Shown piece by piece: positions 37,885 to 48,900 of a DNA stretch of 64,000 nucleotides. The position numbers and the translations under genes are program-made. Source of the DNA: Amoebophrya sp. A120 (lineage: Eukaryota > Protista > Dinoflagellata); NCBI GenBank assembly GCA_905178155.1, contig CAJINV010000002.1, forward strand, positions 9,125,412 to 9,189,411, given 5' to 3'. The notes beneath the pieces are model-generated. The model did no database searches and was not told where the DNA came from. It saw only the letters and a list, made by a program, of their open reading frames with translations. Each line of letters begins with the position of its first letter. Within the stretch, counting starts at the first letter, position 1.

Positions 37885-40177
37885 AAGGTACTGCTTGCTA
37901 AGTACAGCGGCGCGTCGAAGGGTCATACGGTCGAAGTTTTTTCTTTTACCGCGTCGAATGTGCTAGCTCGGCAGCCGTTGTGCAGCTGCATAGTCGTCGT
38001 CTCTCAAGCAGGGTTAGTTTATCTTACTCTACTGCATATGTTCGACTTCTCCGCCGCGGTTGTGTCTCACGACAGAACCGATGCGTGTTGTTGAACTGCC
38101 TACTGCATTTGTCACCTCGTGCACAGAACTTCTTTGTCTCCATAGTCAGTACCAAGAACTTTTCATCCTAATAGCTAACTAGCGCAGGCGATTTGGTAGG
38201 AGGAAAATAAACAACTAGACTTGTCTCTCCTCTAATTCTCTTCGGGCTGGGACAGGTTTTAGTTTTGAAATTCAGTTTGCATTTGCTCCATTTGACTCAA
38301 CGACTCAACTATTCAAAGGCAAGATTTGCGATTTGGATTTGCGATTTTTACCTAAGATTACAGTTTACAGAAAGCCGGTAGCTGGTCGTGAACCTAGCAA
38401 AGGCTGAACAGACTTCTAAGTTTATGCAAGATTACAAAAAAAAAAAAGCACGATCACTTTACAAGAGAAATACGATAGCCACAACGCGGGCGAGCTGCGT
38501 GAGTTTTTACCAAAGTATAAGAACATTGCGTCTGGTTATGAAAAATGTACTCAAGACATATATCCCGTTTTAGTTCTTTATTGCACAGCAAAATGTAGTT
38601 GCGAATACAATTCCATTTCCAATATGAACTTCCTCCTGGAGCAGGAGCATGCTATCCGAGGAAACGAAAATAAGAATGTCGAAATCGAAACTTTATCCAG
38701 AACTATTTCTGTGAATGACAGTGAACTTCAAGAAACTCCTCGTAGTCACCGCAGGAAGGTGAGAAGCTAGCTGCAGCATCCCCAAAGCATCCCGACAAAG
38801 GAGCTCTCGAAATTACATTCGGTGCTGCAACGTCCTATTACAGAACAACCTTGGAACGAAAAAAGGAATGGACTGTCGGTTTGCGTCTTACGACTTCGGC
38901 TGCGTTTGTCGTTTTCGTTTGTGGTCGGTTCGTCGTTCGTTGAGAATTGTTAAGTCGTTCATTCGTGGTACGTTGGAGAAAAAATAAAAACATCTCAATA
39001 TTAAATAACTGCCCGGGGTGCGCTCGTACGTGCTAAAAAAATCACTTCGTTCACCGCTTCTACAGTCATTACTTATGGCGTGGGCACTGATCAAACACGT
39101 TCGACGTACCTTATTTCCCCATGCTTGCTGCAGAGACCCACTTATACTTATTACTTATGTTTTTGTTTTTCCAGTTTCACCCCATTTCGGAATCATCGGC
39201 TTCACGAGCACGCGTTGCTTTCGACACACGACATCTCAGTGCGCACAGCAACCTCTTTGGCACTGTAACTGGTTCTGGTTGTTCTCATAGATCCAACCAA
39301 AACCCGCCAGACCACTGTCCAGTAGTTTTACACTGTTGAAAGGAACAAGAGCCGCGAGGACTTGTCGTGCTTGACCCCTACCGCCTCAGTATTCGGAACG
39401 CACATAAATTTTCTGCTGCAAGAATAAAGTTAAAGAAAAATGGCAGGAGACAAGAAGAACAAAGAAAACTCCCTTCGGGGCCGGTTTTCGAAGTACGCCT
39501 GTCGGAAGCGTGGTACGGTACTGAAAGAGGCTCTCGCGCCAGACTTTTCTCTGCGTCCATACGTGTTAAAAAATGCGCGATGTGTTGCGAAAAAGTATTC
39601 GCATCAGCAAATACAGCACAGTATTTGCATCAGCAAATACAGCACAGGCTACGTAGAGATTATGACGTGCAAGTGAGGTAAGTATAAAATTAAAAAGCGC
39701 AAAGTAAGGAGAGAAATTGTTTGTTGCGGGTGCGAATTTCATTCGTATACAGGGTCGCAGGCTTGCCTTTGCGGAGTTCGGCTTTGCCTGGTTTTTTTCG
39801 ACGCCGGCGCAGCCGGCGGAAGCAGAAAAGCAGGGTCGACCGGGCTTCATGCAGCGGCGTCACCAGGTAAAATATTGATATTCCACTTTGATTGAAGCGT
39901 GTTTACTTTGGAAGGCAAAAAATTCTTGATGTTGGTGCACCACCAGAAAAAAAACATGATCAGATGTATTGTCATGATTTTGGTCTTGAGTTCCCTGAGT
40001 TTGTGTTTTTTTCTCCGTTATAATTTCTCTCTAGCCGCGAAGAAGACCAAGACGATGATTGAAGATCAAGTTGAACAGCGGAAGCGTCAACTTTTCTTCA
40101 TCATCGTCAAATCTTTTTTCAGTGCAAGCGAAAGGCTTGGTCATTGTGGATAAGTACTTACACGATCCTACGTCGAG

Positions 40178-42292
40178 ATGTGCGTGCAGGCACCACTTTT
40201 TCATCTCGTCACACATCAGGTTCATCCGGCCGCGCCCGGGGATGCCGACGACCAGACCGCAACGTCTGAAGCGACGCCTGGTGCTGCCGCGGCGCAAGGC
40301 TCCGCGAACGGAGACTGGGATGAGTTTCTGGACGGAACAAGTTCTGGAGACTTGGGATCTCCGCCGGGGCACGCTCGCGCCGGCGCCAGCGAAGAGCGGG
40401 AGGACGACCTCGAAGCAGGCGGCCGTAGTGCAGCCACAGCGACGACCCCACAGGACCTTGCAGTGCCCGGGGCGGTGCCGCCACAACCCGTTCTCGCGGA
40501 GTTGGACGACGAGTCCGCGACAAGTGCGCTGGAGCGTAATATCGATCCTCTGGCCATTCTGGCGCAACCTCATGCGAATATCATTTCGCTTCTTGGTGCC
40601 GCACCAGACGATTCCCAGCCATCGAGTACGGAAAGTGGTCTACTAGATGATTGGGAGCGCGTCACTGGACGAGACGAGTGCGTGGCGCTCCCCCTTTCTG
40701 AGGACGAAGACAAATGGTGGCGTCCGGACATCGGTCCGGAGTCCCGGTTTTGGAACAATCTAATGAAAGGCAAATGCCAGGATGTAACTTTGATCCTGCT
40801 GAACTTGCAGGCGTGGGGTCTCACTCCCGGCCTGCAATCCCGGGTTGCGGATTACATGGAGCGGGATCTTGCGAATATCGAGGTCGTGGGTGCTCTGATC
40901 ACGGTTGCCTTTAACAATGTATCTGGCTGGTGGGAACGCGTGAAACAACAGACCAAGTACAAAATTTTTAAAGCCCCCGAAGCAAAAAAAATATCCGGGT
41001 TTACGTGCTACGCTACGTTCCTCGTGGACGGTTTTGATGAGCCAACGAATGTATATCACGACGCGCTCGCGCATGGACATCGAGAATTATTTCCAAAACT
41101 CGTCGGCGGCGAACACTTTGAAAAAACAATTCTCCCGCTTATCCGCGAGGTGGAGAGAATTTCTCGCTGTGTCAAGTATGTGGGCCCCAAAGGTGAAGAT
41201 GACTCTGTAACCGTGCTTGCTTACGGCACTGAGCCAGGATCTAACGGTCAAGCTCTTTGGCTTCAGAAGACTGGGCCCGGGATGAAGACATATTACCGAC
41301 ACCAAGGTACAGCGGACGACCTCAATAAAAAAGTCATAGATGCAAGGCGACCGTACGGCTGGGTCTTTTTGCCGTCGCCCAACGCCTGGGAACAAAAGTT
41401 CCTGGATAAAGGAGATGCGGGGAGAGCAAGCGCCGCACCCGTCGAATTTTTCCAGGTCGGCGAGACGCGAGAAGACGAAGCGAGGGGCCGGTTTTTTGAC
41501 GAGCTTGAAAACCTTCTTGAAGCGCAGTTCAGAAAAGCGTTGCTTTTGCACATAGATCGCATGGACGCAGACAAGAACGGACTGCTTTGCCCGAACGAAA
41601 TCACGGATTATTTGATCAAGCATTCCCTGGAGCCGACCATTGAACTGATACTAGCCAGTCTGAAGTGGTCGTTAAAGATGTATCTTGTGGCAGCTGGAAA
41701 CACGCTCAGTGTGCTGTGGCCGAAGTTGCGGGAGATCATCGAGCGGAAGACGGACGCAGCGGTTCACCTCGCTGTAATGCAGATGCGGAGTACTCTTATC
41801 GAAGGAATTTCGGCGGACTCGGATGGCGATGGCCAAAAATCAAATCCCCGAGAAAGTGAAAGAAAAGAGCTTGATCTTCGTTTTGAGGAGAACTGGGGCT
41901 TCAGAGGATCCTGCGTCTCGACGAAACCACCGATGAAGGGGCCAGGCACTCCTCGCGGGGGGCGTCATACAGGAATAAGGGGAACCGACCCAGAATTCTT
42001 GTCCTTGCAAAAGCTCTGGCTGCAGCGTGTTGCAACGCGGTTAGTTCGTCTGTTTGTCAAGGAGTTCAGGTTGAAGGATGCGGCGCCGTCCGGGATCGCC
42101 AAAGACAACGACTTAGAGCAACTGTATAAAGACGCGGTTCTTCCCCCAGATGAGCAAATCGCATTGAAACGCGAAGAGCTGACAACGAGGCAGAATGAAG
42201 AAAGACGGCAGGCAAAGGAGGACAGCAATCGACTTGACGTTGCTTTTGGGCATTCCACTGGTGACCTTCTTCATACTGTCATGTTTCCTTAA
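40178..42292 (+). CDS. Hypothetical protein (704-aa ORF) with one EF-hand-like loop
   Basis: Long uninterrupted ORF with an acidic N-terminal region; DRMDADKNGLLCPNE fits the EF-hand pattern. Start and exon structure are uncertain. Confidence 0.55.
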   Translation: MCVQAPLFHLVTHQVHPAAPGDADDQTATSEATPGAAAAQGSANGDWDEFLDGTSSGDLGSPPGHARAGASEEREDDLEAGGRSAATATTPQDLAVPGAVPPQPVLAELDDESATSALERNIDPLAILAQPHANIISLLGAAPDDSQPSSTESGLLDDWERVTGRDECVALPLSEDEDKWWRPDIGPESRFWNNLMKGKCQDVTLILLNLQAWGLTPGLQSRVADYMERDLANIEVVGALITVAFNNVSGWWERVKQQTKYKIFKAPEAKKISGFTCYATFLVDGFDEPTNVYHDALAHGHRELFPKLVGGEHFEKTILPLIREVERISRCVKYVGPKGEDDSVTVLAYGTEPGSNGQALWLQKTGPGMKTYYRHQGTADDLNKKVIDARRPYGWVFLPSPNAWEQKFLDKGDAGRASAAPVEFFQVGETREDEARGRFFDELENLLEAQFRKALLLHIDRMDADKNGLLCPNEITDYLIKHSLEPTIELILASLKWSLKMYLVAAGNTLSVLWPKLREIIERKTDAAVHLAVMQMRSTLIEGISADSDGDGQKSNPRESERKELDLRFEENWGFRGSCVSTKPPMKGPGTPRGGRHTGIRGTDPEFLSLQKLWLQRVATRLVRLFVKEFRLKDAAPSGIAKDNDLEQLYKDAVLPPDEQIALKREELTTRQNEERRQAKEDSNRLDVAFGHSTGDLLHTVMFP

Positions 42293-42934
42293 GGTGATCA
42301 TGCAATATGATAGAGGAGGCTGCAGCTTAAGTATTTTCATTGTTCCCTGTGGCTGTCCCAATATGTCTGCTCCTGATCACTTTTCTGAAGATCTTTACAC
42401 TCTCCCCTCCCCCACAAACGCCTCTAGAAATAAAGATTACGTGCTGTTGGTTCGATCCACCATTCATCAAATATTCCTACTTACATTCTTCGTTCAATCA
42501 TTCAACTCAGCGTATGTTAAGGGAATCGTATCGCTCGTTTCACGCTTCTTTTTCGAAACTGCTATGAAAAAGTACACTTTTTGCCCTCGTCCTGTGGCTG
42601 TTCTGGTGGGTGCTGTCGAGATCCACGTGTTTCCTGGACCGCACTCAAGATGTCACAGGCACAGCTAGCATTCTTCGAACGGAGACATACATAATTTTGT
42701 ACACAAGTCTAATAATTAAAGCAACCTTTCCCCTTGCGACATGGAAAGTGGGTTGTCCTACAACATTTACTACACTCTTTTGCTCCTGTTCTTCTCTTCT
42801 GATCATGGTCTACAGTCCACTAATGTCGCGATGTAAAGCGAGTAATTGAGCGAAATTCCGGACGCAAAATTGCCCTTAGACCGCGATCGTCTCTTGTGTA
42901 GCTGGACGTTCAGTCTGATGCGAAAAATGCACCT

Positions 42935-45900
42935 ATGTCACAGCCCCCTCGAGTGGACGCCGAAATGACATCGGTACTGTTTCAAAAAATAATGAATATC
43001 GAGTGTTTATTTCAATCGATGTGTGAGCAAGGACTACAAGAAGGAACGTGTTTCCATCGACGGAAAAGAAATAAAGGATGGACGGCGTGGCGGAGCAGTT
43101 TGGAAAGGGTCTGGCAGACCTCGCGGCCCTACTGGAAACAAAGCTCGATGCGAAGCTGGCGGAGCATCTCGGTCGGTTCGAAGGCGAGATCTCGGGGCGG
43201 CTGGAAAAAACCGCGAAGGCGATAGCCGACCGAGAGCATGAGCAGCTGGAAATTTCGGTGCGCGGGTTTTTTAATTTGTTCATGTCTGTTTACTGAAATG
43301 GAACTGGTGTTGGGTGCTGGAAGAAGTTTTCCTCCTGTGCGTCGTACGTCCGGCGTTTCATGCGTGTAAACTGGTAGTCGTAGTATACATAGGTCCCATG
43401 TGCTGGACCTAAAAATTCTGCTCCTTGTCATAATGTGGGTGGCCGCGGAATTGAGTACTGAGTTCGAGGTATGTGCATTGACGTACTTTGTACCGTGCTA
43501 AGAAAAATCCAAGAAATTATCTCAATTAATTTACAACGTCCGCTGCCACAGCAACGCGCCATCGTGGACGAAGTGTTTGAGCCCCTGAAAGAAGACTTGG
43601 AGCAGACAAAGGAGGTGCTGAAGCAGGAGAGCATGCTGGTCGTGGAGAAGGTGTGTGAGAAGCTCGACAGTGTGCAGGCGGAGTATCAAATGTAAAAATG
43701 TCTGGGTCTGGAAGAATGCTTGTGATGCCGGTTTTCCATGACCCATGAGGTCTGGAATGCGAGACCCAGCATGACAGATTTTTGAGGTCTCTATCATGCC
43801 TTTCCTGCATGAGAAACTCCCTCTCAACTTGGTCAAAAGCGGACAGCTTTTGGTACTCACGCAACACAGATTTTTGCATCCTTCGGATTTAGCATGACAA
43901 GTTCAAAAAAGGGTCGTAAAAAAAGGGTCGTAAAAGATTAAAGGGTCGTAAAAAATATGGGAAAAAATCGGTCGTCGTTTTTCGTTCACAAGTCGGTACA
44001 TGATGTAGATGCATTCTAATGACCCTCTTCTGCGACGCGTGTTTTTCGTCATTGCCTGCGACTGGCTGTAAGTTGTGTATCAGGTTGTTGTATGGAAAAG
44101 CAGGCAGGAAACAATGAAAAAGAACAGGATGCGAGCGCCTCCTCGTTGAAGAGGAGGCGCATCCTTGAAGATGATTCCATTACCAAATAAAATAGCAGCT
44201 TTCTTTTTTTTTATTCTTTTGCTCTTTAAGGGTTTAGGTCTGAGGATTTTGAACAAGCGAGGACAAGCTCTTCCTGGCCTTTTTCAGCAACCAGCGCGCA
44301 AGACACCAGAGAGGAGCGCGACAAATCTAGTTGCCCTGGGTCGAGCACACACTCTCTTTGCAGGGTGTGTGTTGCTGATCTCGTTTTTACATGATGGACA
44401 CTATACACAGGGAAGAAGCAGACTGTTCTCTGGGCCATTGCGTCAGTGGATCGTGGGAGACTTGTTGCAGTTTTCAAAGAAAAACAACTCTGCTGCTAGT
44501 CAAGCATGAGAAGCCAGAAGCAATGCGCTTCAGTTTCTATTTTGATAGGTATGTAATACAGGTGGGGGGTGTGGACCTATCGGTCAAACAAGCACACTAC
44601 TCGGTATAAAATTAGCAATTCATAACGATGCAACAAATGATGAGAGCGATCAAGGACCTAATAAAGTGATGACGTTCTACACCAAGAATGACAACACTAA
44701 AAACACGAACCACGAACATCAGGCCCCTGATTATCCTAGTGATTAGCCTCGCAGTAATTATGTCTTGAGCTACCCTGATAGGGTGGATTTATACTCCACA
44801 GCACCGGTGTTCAGAGCACGGGACCACATAGGTTATCAGCCTCTGACTCACTTTAAAAGTTTACTAGTACTAGAATTCAGTCGCGTAGAACTAGAATTGT
44901 TTTGGTTTTATCGATTTACCGTAGGGGTAATTTGTTTACACGAGTTAAAACTTAAAAACTTGCACAGGTTTTAGTAGAAGACAATTTTTAATTTTAAACC
45001 AACAAGCCAAAAATCAAAAATGGCGACCACAGCTCCAACGTCGAAGCCGCTGGAGATGAAGCTGAGCAAGCTTACCCACGTTCTCGGGAAAGGATGAAGA
45101 TTATGCAGATTATCGCTTCCAGCTACGCGCCTACCTGGGTGGCCTTGATCTTTTGAAACCGCTGGACGGACCGGCATCGGCGGAGCAATCGCTGAAAATT
45201 TTTACGGTTCTGGCGAACGGGGTCAAGGGCCAAGGGATCAAGGAGATCCGCGGGGCGAAAGAAGGAGACGGGGAACACGCCTGGCAGCTGCTGGAGACGC
45301 GTTTTAACGCGAAAACCGGGGCACGAAAGTGCAGCCTGGTGCGGGAGTTGTTGACGTCCAAGCCGGAAAACAATTCCCCGGGCGCGGTTGAGTCGTGGAT
45401 CAATCGCAAAATCGAATTGGTGCTGCTGCTTGCCAACATGTCCGTGACTCTCGAAGAGCTTGCGGGCTATGCGGTGGTCGATTTTTTGCCGAACGAACTC
45501 AAGTCGGTGGCAGATGTTTTGACGCATACCGACATGAAAATTGCCAACGTCAAGCCCATCGCGATTGAAAAAGCGCACGCGGTCAAGCGGGCGAAGCAGC
45601 AACCGGCGGCAGCGCTGATCACGAAGGAGAAAGGCGACAAGGGGAAAGGCAAACACGGCAAAGGATACTGGTGGAAGCAGGGCGGTTGGGCGAAAAATAA
45701 CGACTGGGATACGAAGCAGAACAAAAATTCCGGGTGCTATGTCTGTGGTTCGGAATCGCACTACGCTCGGGATTGCCCGAAGAAAGCTAGCAAGGGGGCC
45801 AAGGGTAAGGACGACGCCAAAAACGGAAAAGGCGGGAACAACAACAACAGGGCCTACCTTGTTGTGGAAGATTTGTGACTGTCTCAAGATCAAGATGAAG

Positions 45901-48900
45901 TTTTAGAAAGTCGAAATCCCGATGGTATGATGAAGAGTAGTGCGAGATTTGTCGTTGATTCCGCTGCGGAGAAGAACATAACCACCACTACGGCGGGGGT
46001 TTTGGTTGAAAGTTTTACGAACGAAAAACAGGGAATCGAAGGCGTCGATGGCAGTGTGGTGAAAGCAGAAAAAGTTTATCTGAAAGAAAATTTCATGGGT
46101 TTGAAAAACGCACTACATTCCGAAGAACTGACCCACAACCTGCTGAGCATTTCGGAGCAGATTGGCGAGGGGTGCAGATTTGTTTTTGGACCGGACGGCT
46201 GTTACGCAGTTAGCCCGGGCGGGGAAAGATACGAGCTGGAGAGGCGTGGAGGCCTATTCACGATGGAAATCCAAGAGAAAGACAAGCGCGCGCAGGCGTT
46301 TAAAGTTTCGGAGCAGCGAAACCACGAGCGGCGGGGGCATTTTCACAACAAAGCCGGACGGGTGAAATTTTGCCACGCTTGTGCAGCACAGAAGGGGAAA
46401 CGCAAACCGGTCAAGCAGAAACGGCCGGAAAAGTATGCGGCTACGAAGTTCGGCGAGCTGGTGGCGGGCGATTTAGTCGGGCCGCTTCCGGAGTCGCACA
46501 ACGAGCACAGATACTTCCTGACCTTGGTGGACGATGCTACGGGGTGGCTTGAGGTCTATCCCATAAAAAGCAAAACGGCGGACGAAGTTGCGACAGGGCT
46601 CGCGACTTGGAGAAGACTCAATGGGCATTTCAAAACTTTCAGGTCCGACAATGGCCTCGAGTTTTGTAATGACTTCCTGCGTTCTCTGTTTTTGAAGTGG
46701 GGAACGACGCACACCAGGGCGGCACCATACTCACCGAACCAAAACGGAAAATGCGAACGCTTCAACCAAACGGCGACGGAGTGCGCGCGGGCACTCTTGC
46801 ACAACGTCGACCAGAAACTTTTGGCCGGCGGCGGTCAAGTGCGCGGCGTATCTGTACAACAGGGCAGAACGCAGACGGGAACGGGCGCCGTACTACCTTC
46901 GGTGGAAACGAAGCCCGACCTACGGACACTTGAAAAAGTTTGGATGCGTAGCATATGCCAGGACTCCGGTGCGGAATAAGATGGATGCCAAGTTTTTGAA
47001 GGGTGTTTTTGTTGGATATTCTGAAGATTCACCGGCGTACCGGGTTGCCGTTGTCGCGAAGGACAAGCGGGGCCGCAAGTCGATTGCGGTAATCACATCG
47101 AGAGATGTGAAATTCAACGAGGGCGAACTCGTTGGAAACTTGGTAGCTGGGTCGGTTTTCACAAACGAGGAGTCAGTTTTGGAGGGGTTTGGAGGAAAGG
47201 AAGAAGACAATGTCCAACAGGTCAAGCACGTGGAGACAGCGTTCTTCCATCCAGTCAACGCGATGGAAGTTGAGGGAGAAGATGCGGAATGCGCGGAGCC
47301 ACGACCGGAGAGCGAAATCGTCGACGAAGAGGACGATCTATTTGCAGACGACAGGCCGCAAACACGGGCGGACGACGAAAAGCAGTCCGCAGCCATTGAA
47401 GGAATTCAGTGGGCAGAAGCAGAAAAGCAGGAGGAGAGAGAAGCAAAACGCCAGAAAACGGGACAGGGCGAAACCCTGCCGGACCTCGACGACGGGGACG
47501 AATTCGGTGGGTTCCAGGTTCCAGAACTCGGGGGGGTGCCAGCTGTTCAGCAACAGCAGGAACAGCAGCAACAGCCTGCTCCGATGGACGTCGATTTTGA
47601 AAAATCGAGCGACGAAGAAATGGCGGAAACAGAGGAAGAAGAGGAGGAGGAAGAACTTGACGAGCGAGAAGTGCGGCGGCTACGGCGGCACAAGGCTCGG
47701 GACAAGTTTCTTCAAGAAGAAGCCAAGAAAAAGGGGAAGAAGAAACAGCGGCGGCAGCAGGTAGACAAAACTTTCGGAGCAAAACGCGCGAAAGCTTTTG
47801 TTACGGTGGTACCGAAAAAGGAAGCGCTCAAGGGTCCGGAACAAGAAACGTGGCGGGCCGCGATGAACGCAGAGAAATCCGGTCTGGAAAAGTTGGATGG
47901 CTGGGAAGTGGTTCAACCGGGAACGATTCCGAAGGGCGCAAAAATCCTACCCATGTTCAACATTTTCGAGTTGAAAAAGGACGGACGACGCAAATGCCGA
48001 CTAGTATGCTGCGGAAACCATCAAGAATTGGATCTGCAGTCGGTATTTAGCCCGGCGGTGAGTCAAACCACGCTTCGGCTTTTGGCTATGCGGATGGCGA
48101 AAGGCGATGACAGCTGCGGGCTGGACATCGCTCAAGCTTTTCCCAATGCGCCGCTGGACGAAGGTGAAGAAATCTACTGCAAGCTACCGGAGGAGATGGG
48201 CGGCGATCTGATTAAACTCAGAAAGGCTCTCTACGGGCTTCGCGTATCTCCAAGGCGGTGGAGTTCTCACTTCGCAAGGGAACTAGAAAAAATGGGATGG
48301 ATACGATCGGAATCAGATGCGGGGATTGTTTTGGAAAGAGTGCGAAGACGGCGAGAAGATTTTTATATCTGTATACGTCGACGACGGCCTATTAGTGGGC
48401 AAAACGCACCTGATTCAGACTGAACGAGAAAAAATTCTGCAACGCTTCAAGGGGCGGAAGATCGATCCAGTTCGATTGGACGATGGGACTATGGTCATGG
48501 AGTATCTTGGATTCAAAATCTATCGTCTTCCTACCGGGGCGATTCAGATCGGTTTGGACTACAATAAGATGCTGAAAAAGTTCGACTTCTTACCGGGAGC
48601 ACGCAGGCACACCGATCAAGAAATCCTTGACGCAAACAGGGTCGAAAAGTGCAGACTTGAAGTCTTATCGATCTTTGGTCGGGAACTTGGCATGGCTGCA
48701 GAACGCGCGACCCGAAATCGCCTACGCAGTAAAAGAAGTATCCCGATACATGTCAGCACCGAGCGAAGAAGCAGAAGAAGCGGCGAGGCATCTTGGTTCT
48801 TATCTTTCATCGACAGAAGATCACCGACTCACCTTTTTAGACACAGACTGGAGCACCTTGGTCATGCATACGGACTCGGATTTTGCAAGCGAAATTCCGG

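Noticed and set aside
39595-39647. 26-bp tandem duplication (and a ~23-bp one near 1788-1831)
   Set aside because: Two-copy local slippage with no further structure.
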